A DNA stretch of 23,938 bases, from assembly GCA_049975265.1 (NCBI GenBank), contig JBNGDF010000013.1:43056-66993 (forward strand), in the 5' to 3' direction. Of this stretch, positions 1 to 8,546 are shown one piece after another. This stretch comes from Fidelibacterota bacterium (GTDB taxonomy: Bacteria; Fidelibacterota; UBA2242). The position numbers were made by a program, and so were the translations under genes. The notes below the pieces were generated by a model. The model was not told where the DNA came from. It was given only the letters and a program-made list of their open reading frames with translations, and ran no database searches. The stretch's first letter is position 1. The number at the start of each line of letters is the position of its first letter.

Positions 1-269
1 TCCAGCTCCACAAATCCAAAACAAATCTGCGCACCAAGCAGGAGAGCGTCACGATGCAATCGGGAAGGTCGTCGGTTTCCCAGAAAAGCCGGGATTCCTA
101 CAGAACCCGACAGGTCGCAACCCGCTCCATTTATCATAAAAACGTTATTTACAATAGGCGTTTTTACGATGATCAATCGCAAAAACATTCACGATCATAT
201 TTTTACCATCAATCGCATACAAAATCCGGTTCCGGCAATGAAACAAAACATATCGCTCAGGATAAATTT

Positions 270-1385
270 CTATCTGGATTGAATCTGATTGATCATTTTT
301 TCCAGTTCGTTCAATCTCGCCCGGAATTGGGGGTGATCGGTAATTGAATCGTCCAGCTCGATTAATTCGTATGTCACCGGATTCACCACTTTCTGTATTT
401 CCGCCTGAACGATCTCCGTTTGCGTCGTGAGGCTGGTAATTGTCTGCAATAAATACGGATCGTTGGCATAATATTCTTCCAGAGATTTGTTACCGGCATT
501 TTTTTCAAAGGATTTCAGGCGCTTGTCAGCATAGTTTTTCTGGACAATTAAATTGGAAATATCCTGCAGCGGCTGATCCTTTTGTTGCAGATTGAACCGG
601 ATCAGACCCACATATTTTCCGAGATTTCCACAGCGGGCGATCAGCACTCCGTTCTTATTTTCAAGGCTGTGTGAGTAGCGATATGTTCCCGACTGCAGGA
701 TAAAGTCGATATCCAGTTCTTCCCCACCGAGCCTTGTCTCATCGTCACGTTCCAGGTAGGCTAACAGAATGATGTAATCTGCCCGCTTCCGGATTTCCGG
801 TAAATATTTATGAAGTGCGGCAAGCATATCGGTAAACATGACCCCTCTGACCGGTGCCTTCGGCATTGTCGTCACGCCGATGATCCCAAACTTCCTCCCT
901 GATAAATTGGTGATTAAATATGGCATAAAGAGCGGTTGAAGACTGGTACTGTCGACAATATTGGCACTGATAAACGGAAAATTGGCGATCTTTTTCAATT
1001 CCCGAATGCCCGTCAGACCTGCAGGAAAATCCCGGGCTGAAATGTTGTACGCCTGATATCCCAGATCGTTATAGCTGCGGAGCATGGTCCGGGCAATTTC
1101 CTGCCGCTTTGCCACCTCCCTGGGGCTGGGAAACAGCGAGCGGTAAAAGAGATCGCCGGCATCCAGAATCAGGGTATTACCATGCGTCCGGACATACCGT
1201 TCAATAATCGTTGCTTTCCTGGCCAGACCGCCAAGCCTGTTGGTCTTTCACCCACAGGGCTCGGTTTCACCCTGCACCGACGCCGAGAAAAGGATTGAGA
1301 ATTCCTCAGCCAGCAGTGCGGAGGCAAAGACCATCACCAGCAACCCGCACACCAGAAGTAATCGTACCGGATTCAATATTTTCAT
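270..1385 (-). CDS. Secreted UshA-like (5'-nucleotidase N-terminal/metallophosphoesterase-fold) selenoprotein, 371 aa, Sec at codon 46 (TGA 1250-1248)
   Basis: ATG at 1385 opens a signal peptide (MKILNPVRLLLVCGLLVMVFASALLA). The frame runs ...QGETEPCG-TGA-KTNRLGGLARKATIIERYVRTHGNTLILDAGDLF... with no other stop into ORF 270..1115 (1250-1115=135, same frame). GGLAR.AT and LDAGD are UshA-type motifs; FPFISANI and GIIGVT follow. Confidence 0.9.
1213..1247 (-). promoter_or_regulatory. Bacterial SECIS-like hairpin immediately 3' of the in-frame UGA
   Basis: mRNA reads UGA AAGACCAACAGG CUUGGC-GGUCUG-GCCAGG. The 6-bp stem (one G-U pair) spans 1235-1218. The G-initiated loop starts 18 nt after the UGA, and GGUCUG also occurs at the apex of the E. 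coli fdhF SECIS. Confidence 0.75.
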
Positions 1386-1410
1386 AAACAAAACAACCCC
1401 ATAATGTTCT

Positions 1411-2448
1411 TCATTCCCGCTTAGCGATAATAGCGTTATTGCCCCGGAATTTCGCCAAAGTCGGGCAGCCGGTGCAGAACATGGCAATCCGCAGTGTCTG
1501 TACGAAAACCCGGATCAGTTTATCAATTCCTGTCATGCCAGCGTGATTTCGCGCCTGGAGAAAAGGTTTTGCGGCGGCGGCAATTTCAGCACCCAGGGCA
1601 ATTGCCTTGGCAAATTTTAATCCCGTATCAATCCCGCCCGATGCGATAACGTGAATCCGGTTGGCTTTGACGGCAGCCTGCAACGCCTCGGCAGTGGGAA
1701 TCCCCCATTCAAAAAACTGGGCGGCAACGACCCGACTCTCCGCATCAGGAATACGCTGATGCTCAATCCGCGACCACGATGTTCCCCCCGCACCGGCAAC
1801 TTCAACCCACTGGATTCCGATCTTGTGAAGTCGTCTGATCACATCTGCAGACATGCCGAATCCCACCTCTTTCACAATTATCGGATAGGGTGATGTTTCC
1901 CGCAATATTTCAATCGCGCGACTGACCCCTTTAAACTGCGGTTCGCCTTCCGGCTGCAAGACCTCCTGTAGTGGATTCAGATGAACCGAAAGGGCATCCG
2001 CATGAATCTGTTTCAATACCGTAATCAACTGGCTTGCTTTGTACTGCTGAACGATCTGGGCGGCACCGATATTGGCAATGATCGGTATATCCGGGGCACG
2101 TTCCCGGGCAATCCGATAGCTGCCGAGACAGCTGCTGCTTTCCAGTGCCGGACGAATACTACCCAATGTCAAAGCGATTCCCGCCCGATTCGCCGCCGCA
2201 GCCAGGTCGCCATTTAGTGCCTGACTCTCATCATCACCACCGCTGATTGAAGAGATCATCAGCGGTGCATTTAAGCGGTAACCGAGAAAATCGGTCTGAA
2301 TATCGACATCCTCAAAATCAATTTCGGGTAGTGCGTTATGAATAAAGTGATACCGTTCAAAACCTGTTGTTATGTCATGAAAATGAATGGGTTCGCTACC
2401 GACAATCTGCAGATGTTCCCGCTTTCGGGAAGAGATTTGCTTGACCAT
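1411..2448 (-). CDS. fni: Type 2 isopentenyl-diphosphate delta-isomerase (FMN-dependent)
   Basis: Motifs RKREHL, HNALPEIDF, PLMISSISGG, ANIGAAQ, HLNPLQEVLQPEG, PIIVKEVGFG, AGAGGTSW, WGIPTA, IASGGI. Confidence 0.95.
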   Translation of the reverse strand: MVKQISSRKREHLQIVGSEPIHFHDITTGFERYHFIHNALPEIDFEDVDIQTDFLGYRLNAPLMISSISGGDDESQALNGDLAAAANRAGIALTLGSIRPALESSSCLGSYRIARERAPDIPIIANIGAAQIVQQYKASQLITVLKQIHADALSVHLNPLQEVLQPEGEPQFKGVSRAIEILRETSPYPIIVKEVGFGMSADVIRRLHKIGIQWVEVAGAGGTSWSRIEHQRIPDAESRVVAAQFFEWGIPTAEALQAAVKANRIHVIASGGIDTGLKFAKAIALGAEIAAAAKPFLQARNHAGMTGIDKLIRVFVQTLRIAMFCTGCPTLAKFRGNNAIIAKRE

Positions 2449-2451
2449 AGA

Positions 2452-3210
2452 CTACTCTTTGCGATAAATCGCCAGAGGTCCCCATGCCTGCATCGTGGGC
2501 ATCACTTCCAGCTGATTAATATTTACATGCTCCGGCAAGTTCGCCAGCCACCAGATGATCCCGGCGATGTCCTCCGCCGACAAAGGCTCGGTATTTTCGT
2601 AAACCCTTTCCGCCTGCTCTCTGTCCCCTTTGAACCGTACAACCGAAAATTCTGTCTCCGCAATTCCGGGCTCGATATTGGTTACCCGGATATTCTTTCC
2701 CAGCAAATCCGCCCGCAGATTGCGTGAAAACTGTTGCACGAACGCCTTGCTGGCACCATATACATTACCACCGGGATAGGGCCAGTTGCCGGCTACGGAA
2801 CCGATATTTATGATCAGTCCTCTGTTTCGGCGAACCATTCCGGGTAAAATCGCGCGGGTACAATATGTCAAGCCTTTGATATTGGTATCGATCATGGTAT
2901 CCCAGTCATCCAGATCACATTCCGGAGCCGGTAACAGACCAAGCGCCAGACCCGCATTATTGACCAGCACATCAACCACCGCAAATTCCGGCGGCAGGTT
3001 GCCGAGCTGATCCGACACAACCGATCGGTTGCGGACATCCAGAGGAATGGGATAAACCAGCGTTTTATGCGACAGGTTGTCAGCCAGACTCTTTAAGCGG
3101 CTTTTTCGCCGACCTGCTAAAATAAGCCGCCACTGATTCTCCGCAAATTTCTGCGCACAGGCTTTCCCAAACCCGGATGTAGCTCCCGTGATTAGTATTG
3201 TACCCGGCAT
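2452..3210 (-). CDS. SDR-family NADP-dependent oxidoreductase, YdfG-like (3-hydroxy acid dehydrogenase)
   Basis: TGATSGFG, VLVNNAGLALG, catalytic YGASK, PYPGGNVY, LPEHVNINQLEVMP. Confidence 0.9.
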   Translation of the reverse strand: MPGTILITGATSGFGKACAQKFAENQWRLILAGRRKSRLKSLADNLSHKTLVYPIPLDVRNRSVVSDQLGNLPPEFAVVDVLVNNAGLALGLLPAPECDLDDWDTMIDTNIKGLTYCTRAILPGMVRRNRGLIINIGSVAGNWPYPGGNVYGASKAFVQQFSRNLRADLLGKNIRVTNIEPGIAETEFSVVRFKGDREQAERVYENTEPLSAEDIAGIIWWLANLPEHVNINQLEVMPTMQAWGPLAIYRKE

Positions 3211-3270
3211 AAATTAAAATCCCTTTTATGATATATCTGAACCGCTTTTAATTCCAACTCTTACCGGGAA

Positions 3271-3299
3271 ATTTTACATAAAAGAACGGCGGATGTCAA
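3271..3299 (-). promoter_or_regulatory. sigma70-type promoter for the SDR-fni-selenoprotein operon
   Basis: Minus strand TTGACA (3299-3294), 17 nt, TAAAAT (3276-3271), about 60 nt upstream of the SDR start. Confidence 0.65.
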
Positions 3300-3360
3300 G
3301 TTCGGGCATGATTTTATTTTGAACATTGGTTTTTATCTGAATTAACCGTAACTTTTTTCT

Positions 3361-4197
3361 ATGAAATTATCAATCCCGGACAATCAATTCCATTCCGCCG
3401 TGGAGCGCTTTTTATCCATCGCCGGCATCGAACACCGCGAACCCGACCTTGACAATCTGAGGAAAATCCTGCACCGTTTTGCCCGTCTGCCCTATGAAAA
3501 TCTCAGCAAAATCATCAAACTCAATCGCCATTGGGAGACCAACCATTTCCGTTTCCCCGAAGAGGTCATTGAAGACCATGAGCGTCACCGGCTGGGCGGA
3601 ACCTGTTTCTCTCTCACCTTTTATCTCAAAACCATTCTTGATTATATGGGCTACCAAACCGACTTCCTCATGGCTGATATGCGCTCCGGCACAAACACCC
3701 ACTGCGCCCTGCTGTTAAACCATAATCGGCATGAATTCTTGGTGGACCCCGGCTATCTGCTCTTTGAACCGCTGGAAATTTCCGGTGCTGTCCGTTATCC
3801 GGAACGCTTACTCGCCAGAGAAACCGATACCGACCGTTTTTCACTCTGGACACTCAACGGCAGGCAACTAAAGAAACGCTATACCTTCACCAAAACCGCA
3901 ACTATTATCGAGCAGTTTTTCACCAACTGGGAAAATTCTTTCCATCTGATGACCATGCACGGCATCTGTCTTTCCAAAAGGGACGAAAGCGGTTTCGTCT
4001 ATCTGCACAATCACTATATCAAACGGGAAGGTGATGATCTGATTTACAAAGGCAAATTTTCAGAAGATATTGCAGTGGTCGCCTGCAGATATTTTGATAT
4101 TCCCGCCGAAATTGTCCAGAAAGCCGAACGTGCCCTGCAGGCGAATCTGCAATACGACAAAGAACTCGGTTTCAGAGTACCTCGCTGGGTCAAATAA
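3361..4197 (+). CDS. Arylamine N-acetyltransferase family protein
   Basis: LPYENL, RLGGTCF (catalytic Cys), THCALL (His) and LVDPGY (Asp) give the Cys-His-Asp triad pattern. Confidence 0.85.
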   Translation: MKLSIPDNQFHSAVERFLSIAGIEHREPDLDNLRKILHRFARLPYENLSKIIKLNRHWETNHFRFPEEVIEDHERHRLGGTCFSLTFYLKTILDYMGYQTDFLMADMRSGTNTHCALLLNHNRHEFLVDPGYLLFEPLEISGAVRYPERLLARETDTDRFSLWTLNGRQLKKRYTFTKTATIIEQFFTNWENSFHLMTMHGICLSKRDESGFVYLHNHYIKREGDDLIYKGKFSEDIAVVACRYFDIPAEIVQKAERALQANLQYDKELGFRVPRWVK

Positions 4198-4212
4198 AAT
4201 GAGCACTACAAA

Positions 4213-4749
4213 ATGATACCTCAGACAGTCCTACCGGTGAAATATTTCGTCGGTGCACTCTACTCATCAAATGCGGTGCTGGAAAAAGCGATCAAATTCC
4301 TGGAAAAAGAGCTAGGTCCGGTCGATTCACAAAGCGACTCCTTTCCCTTTCGGGCAACTCACTATTACGACGAGGAAATGGGAACTCCCCTATTTCGCAG
4401 GTTCTTTTCCTTCACCCGTTTGTCCGAACCCGACTCCTTGGCACCGGCTAAAATCATTACCAATCATGCAGAAGATCAATTTACCATCCACGGACGGCGC
4501 AAAGTCAATCTCGATATCGGTTATCTCGACTACGATAAAGTCGTCTTAGCCTCTGCCAAGTACGGAATCCACAAAATCTATCTCCGTGACGGCATCTTTG
4601 CGGACCTGGCTTTACATTACGAAAAGGGAAAATTTCAGCCCTATCCCTGGGCGTTTCTGGATTTCCGCGGAACGGAGTATTATCCATTTTTCCTGAAAAT
4701 CCGGACAATTTATAAAAGCCAGGTGAAGCGGTTTGCTCCACCCGGCTAA
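4213..4749 (+). CDS. DUF4416 family protein
   Basis: YYDEEMG..L.RRF, KIITN..E, R.VNLD.GY, VVLASAK, IYL.DGIFADL.L, PYPW.F.D. Confidence 0.85.
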   Translation: MIPQTVLPVKYFVGALYSSNAVLEKAIKFLEKELGPVDSQSDSFPFRATHYYDEEMGTPLFRRFFSFTRLSEPDSLAPAKIITNHAEDQFTIHGRRKVNLDIGYLDYDKVVLASAKYGIHKIYLRDGIFADLALHYEKGKFQPYPWAFLDFRGTEYYPFFLKIRTIYKSQVKRFAPPG

Positions 4750-4768
4750 TATATTCTATCATCGGCGG

Positions 4769-6076
4769 TTAGTCTTTCCAGACCGCCACTGCTTTTCTGA
4801 ACTGTTCAGTAGTTAACTCTTCCCGTGAAAAACGCTCCACGTCGGATTTGTTCACTTTAAGGTACAGAGTCCCGGGCGTTTCTGTCCAGAAGCGGTGACT
4901 GAGATTCACCGTCACCAGGATCGTTTCATCCTTTTTCACGCTGCGCAAGGTGGCACCATACTGACCGAGCACATCAATAATTTGTGCGGTGATCGCATCC
5001 ATCAGCGAGTCGATTTTAACATCCGGTTCCGTCACCTGCACATCAAAATCGACATCCACCGTGTCGTCATCACCGTGTACGAAAATTCGATTTTCTCTGC
5101 CTCCCGGCAATGCCGGCGCAGCCGGCGGAACGGGTAACTCAGCCTCTTCTAATTCACGGATACGCTCTTCATGTCTGTGAACATCCGTTTCAAACCAGCG
5201 CAGCTTTTTCTCGAGGTCACCGGCTTTCTTGATGATAATCTTTTCCAGGTGATCGTATCCCGTCACCGGCGTTAAGAAGATGACACCATAGTCCTCCAGA
5301 TACATGGCGCGGGTTTTCCCCGTCCAATGAATCCAGTGGTTTTCCGTATCCGCTCCGATCACACGGTCCAGAATCCGGCTGAAAATCTCCACATCGCGGT
5401 TGGCTTCGGTTTCGTAAAGACGTTCGATCTTGATCCTGGCTTTGAGCTTGGCTTCATTCATCTTACCAAGCCGGTAATCATTCAGGTCCCGCACCAGCGC
5501 ACAGGCACGCAACTGCTCCGGTACTTTCAGCTCCTCTGTGTTTTCGATTTTAAATCCCTTTGAGTTGCGGATATTCACACAGATCCGCTCGCGCTCGGGA
5601 AGAGATTTGACAGTACTGGCATAATCCCGAAAAAATTCGATGATCAGTTCCTCTGTTTTTTGCAGGGATTTTTCAATTTCCGCTTTTTCGTCCACCGTCG
5701 CCGAGTCTGTCTTTTTATCCTTGTCGAGAGTTACAATAATCTTTTCCTCTGAATCGGTATCGATCTTAACACGGGGCAGGGTCCGAATGGAACGGGTGAT
5801 CACGTCAGAGAGGCTCAGCAGTCCGTTGCTTTGCAGATCAAACATCAGTCCGAAGTCCTCCAGATAGAGACCGTGCACCTGATCTCCACCGCTAAATAGA
5901 AAGGGGCTTTCCTGAATGATCAACTGATCGAGAACCCCTTCCAGGACTTTAATGTCCTGCTTAATTTCCTCCTTCTGATCCGCAGCGGGCGTCCCGGAAA
6001 GCCCGCTGGAAAGCAACATTAAAAAGAGGATGAAAACCATCACCGGGATAACCAGCAAATCATTTAACTTCTTCAT
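4769..6076 (-). CDS. Exported hypothetical protein with two tandem copies of one domain; third gene of the ECF operon
   Basis: Likely start is ATG 6076 after AAGGAG (MKKLNDLLVIPVMVFILFLMLL.., signal or anchor), not the track start at 6160. Internal repeat GLYLEDFGLMF / AMYLEDYGVIF. Confidence 0.8.
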   Translation of the reverse strand: MKKLNDLLVIPVMVFILFLMLLSSGLSGTPAADQKEEIKQDIKVLEGVLDQLIIQESPFLFSGGDQVHGLYLEDFGLMFDLQSNGLLSLSDVITRSIRTLPRVKIDTDSEEKIIVTLDKDKKTDSATVDEKAEIEKSLQKTEELIIEFFRDYASTVKSLPERERICVNIRNSKGFKIENTEELKVPEQLRACALVRDLNDYRLGKMNEAKLKARIKIERLYETEANRDVEIFSRILDRVIGADTENHWIHWTGKTRAMYLEDYGVIFLTPVTGYDHLEKIIIKKAGDLEKKLRWFETDVHRHEERIRELEEAELPVPPAAPALPGGRENRIFVHGDDDTVDVDFDVQVTEPDVKIDSLMDAITAQIIDVLGQYGATLRSVKKDETILVTVNLSHRFWTETPGTLYLKVNKSDVERFSREELTTEQFRKAVAVWKD

Positions 6077-6131
6077 GTTTGGACTCCTTTTCTTGCATTG
6101 ACAATGTGCTCCTGTCCCCCGGATTAATTGA

Positions 6132-6794
6132 TTATCTTCCCCCACTCTGGGCACTGACATACTCGATCAATGTCCCCAACGTCCGGTCGGTCTGTTCCAG
6201 CCGCTGCGCGGTTCCGTATTGCAGCTGATCCATTACCGTTCCCACCATCCGCAGATCTTCCTCGCGCTGTCGTTCCAGCTCTTCGTAGAATTTGTCCAGC
6301 ATAACCGCCGTATCAATCTTACTGCGTTTGTCATACTCCTCAATAATGGCTGAAACAATCTGATAATTTTCCCGACGCAGCTGCTCCAGATCGGATTTCG
6401 TCACGAAATCCGCCGGATCAATGCGCTTGTGATTGAACAGTCCGGTTTCAAAGGCAAATTCCCCATCGGAAAAACGGATGCTGGTATTGAACAACGCCAA
6501 AAGTAACAGCAGCGCCGCTGTCGCTACTCCCAGCCGTCCCGCCAGAGTCCAGGATTTCAGTTGTCGGATCAATTCCGTAAACCGCCCCGTGGGTTGATTC
6601 ACAAACGTCAGATTTACATGAGGCTCCTGATCTTCCCACTGCCCCAATACCTCTGTCGTAGCCCGCAGTGCGGCATATTTCCGGCGACAAGCCGGACAGC
6701 TTTGGAGATGCATATCGAGAACTTCCTGATCCCCGGCGGAGATCTCATCATAAAGCGCGTCCATCATCAACAGACGAATATCATCACATTTCAT
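6132..6794 (-). CDS. Zinc-binding (zf-HC2/ZAS) transmembrane anti-sigma factor
   Basis: N-terminal C..IR..M..ALY and HLQSCPAC (HxxxCxxC), one TM helix (LGVATAALLLLLALF); overlaps the sigma gene by 11 nt. Confidence 0.88.
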   Translation of the reverse strand: MKCDDIRLLMMDALYDEISAGDQEVLDMHLQSCPACRRKYAALRATTEVLGQWEDQEPHVNLTFVNQPTGRFTELIRQLKSWTLAGRLGVATAALLLLLALFNTSIRFSDGEFAFETGLFNHKRIDPADFVTKSDLEQLRRENYQIVSAIIEEYDKRSKIDTAVMLDKFYEELERQREEDLRMVGTVMDQLQYGTAQRLEQTDRTLGTLIEYVSAQSGGR

Positions 6795-7386
6795 AGCTCA
6801 AATCCTCCCGGTCAACACCCCATTTCTGTAAAACCGAATGGAGGGCGTCCAGACCGTAATACATGCGTGATTTAATTGTATTTATCGGTGTTTTTAATAC
6901 ATCGGCGATTTCTGTGAATTTCATTCCGTGATACTGTTTCATAATCACCACAACCCGCTGCTCTTCCGGAATGGCGAGCAGCGCCTTTTGCAGCACGTCC
7001 GACAAATTTTCGTGATGTGCCAGTCTGGTGGTGTCCTGCTCCTCGTCTGCAATAATAATCTGCGGGGCGCCATTATCGCAATCATTGAAATCAGGGCTCT
7101 CACTCAGTGAGTAGGTAACAGATTTCCTCTTTTTCAATTCATCCCGGCAGAGATTGAGGGCAATCCGGTAAAGCCATGCTGAAAAACAGCGGCGGTCTTG
7201 CAGCTTTCCCAGCGATTTATACGCCCGGATAAAACACTGCTGCATTACATCCTTCGCCTGCTCACTGTCGCCGAGATACCTCAAAATAAAATTGTAGATC
7301 GGCTTTTCCCAGCGCCAGACCAGCGTATTGAAGGCGGCGGTGTTGCCAGCGGTAAATTCACGGATCAGGGATTCATCATTCATCAC
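6784..7386 (-). CDS. ECF RNA polymerase sigma factor (SigW/RpoE-like)
   Basis: DESLI, AFNTLV, AKDVMQQCFIRAY, FSAWLYRIALNLCRD, EIADVLKTPINTIKSRMYYG. Start is GTG 7386 or ATG 7383. Confidence 0.93.
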   Translation of the reverse strand: MMNDESLIREFTAGNTAAFNTLVWRWEKPIYNFILRYLGDSEQAKDVMQQCFIRAYKSLGKLQDRRCFSAWLYRIALNLCRDELKKRKSVTYSLSESPDFNDCDNGAPQIIIADEEQDTTRLAHHENLSDVLQKALLAIPEEQRVVVIMKQYHGMKFTEIADVLKTPINTIKSRMYYGLDALHSVLQKWGVDREDLSYEM

Positions 7387-7392
7387 GTATAA

Positions 7393-7421
7393 TAAGACTG
7401 GCTTGATGGAAAAATAGTTTT
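7393..7421 (-). promoter_or_regulatory. Putative ECF-type autoregulatory promoter
   Basis: Minus strand AAAACT (7421-7416), 17 nt, GTCTTA (7398-7393), ending 6 nt before the GTG; resembles the AAC...GTC ECF consensus. Confidence 0.5.
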
Positions 7422-7443
7422 AAGCCGCCGGTATTTTTTTTAG

Positions 7444-8322
7444 TCAGGCAGTATGACTGCCGGGCGTACCGGCTCTGAGCGTACCGAATATCACCTTCCG
7501 GATGATCCATTCGTTGCAGCGCCAGGGCAGAAACCGGTGGATTAACGCCCGGATTTTGGCACCGGGTCCCCGGACATTGCGAAAGCGGGGATTCCGGGTG
7601 GTTATCAGATGCTCAATCAAACGAACAATGTCCATGGGGTCGCTCTTCAGGGTCTCATTCCGCTTCTGATATTGTCGATAGACCGCCTGAGTAAAGCGGT
7701 AATTGGGGCTGGCAGGATCCAGTGCCTTTTTGGCAAAGCGGGTATTTTTGGTCAATACTTTCGTCGGAAACGGACCGGGCTCAATGAGCAAAACCCTGAT
7801 GCCATGCAGTGCCAATTCCTGTCGCAGACATTCTGAAAAGCCCTCCAGCGCCCATTTGCTGGCATTATAGGCACCCATGCCGGGAGTCGTGGTCAAACCC
7901 GCCACGCTGGAAATATTGATAATCCTGGGATCATCACCTTTCCGCAATAGCGGCAGCGCAGCGCGCACCACATTCAGCACTCCGAAAAAGTTGGTTTCCA
8001 TCTGGTCCCGAAACTCCCGGTCACTTAAATCCTCAAAAAATCCGCCGATCCCGTAACCGGCATTGTTAATCAGTACATCGAGCCGCCCAAACTCACCTGC
8101 AATCCGGTTGATACAGGTTTCGATGGACGCCACCTCTGTTACATCCAGTCGCAATATGGTGACCGGCAGCTGATCATCCTCCACCTTGCGCCTTAGTTCG
8201 TCGGCTTTATTCAGATCGCGCAGCGTGGCAAAAACCCGAAAGCCCATCGTTGCCAGATGGATTGCGCTAAGGTATCCGAATCCGCTGGAGCAACCGGTAA
8301 TCAATACGACTTTACTCCCCAT
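7444..8322 (-). CDS. SDR-family oxidoreductase (17-beta-HSD-like subgroup)
   Basis: True start is likely ATG 8322 (MGSKVVLITGCSSGFG) after AGGGGA. LDVLINNAGYG, YNASK, LIEPGPF. The 87-aa extension in the track overlaps the divergent gene. Confidence 0.9.
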   Translation of the reverse strand: MGSKVVLITGCSSGFGYLSAIHLATMGFRVFATLRDLNKADELRRKVEDDQLPVTILRLDVTEVASIETCINRIAGEFGRLDVLINNAGYGIGGFFEDLSDREFRDQMETNFFGVLNVVRAALPLLRKGDDPRIINISSVAGLTTTPGMGAYNASKWALEGFSECLRQELALHGIRVLLIEPGPFPTKVLTKNTRFAKKALDPASPNYRFTQAVYRQYQKRNETLKSDPMDIVRLIEHLITTRNPRFRNVRGPGAKIRALIHRFLPWRCNEWIIRKVIFGTLRAGTPGSHTA

Positions 8323-8546
8323 TTTTACTTCCCCTGTTAGCATGTCATGAATATCAGTAATTTTAGGTGTGAATCTCCATTTTTCCAAATATTCCGCGAT
8401 CCAAAAGGCGGATCCTCCGAAAAATTTCGAAATTCTCCCTGTCAATCGACGGTCATTATCCGCTGAGACAGAGTTTTCATTTTTAAATCCGGTCACATTT
8501 TTTAGATTTGGAGCAGTATCATTTTCAATAATTAAAGTGAGGACCC

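Noticed and set aside
99..128. ACAGAACCCG resembling the RNase P RNA 3' end; also considered tRNA-Sec and cobalamin riboswitch
   Set aside because: The following GCTTA is absent, and there is no cloverleaf, UCA anticodon arm or other riboswitch box.
54..347. 97-aa plus-strand ORF
   Set aside because: No recognisable motif, overlaps the selenoprotein 3' end in antisense, and crosses repeat-like non-coding DNA.
1248..1487. 79-aa ORF as a separate small protein, or a pseudogene call for 270..1385
   Set aside because: Its 3' part is the N-terminus of the read-through CDS. The CxU context and SECIS-like hairpin favour Sec over a nonsense mutation, and the portion above 1411 overlaps fni.
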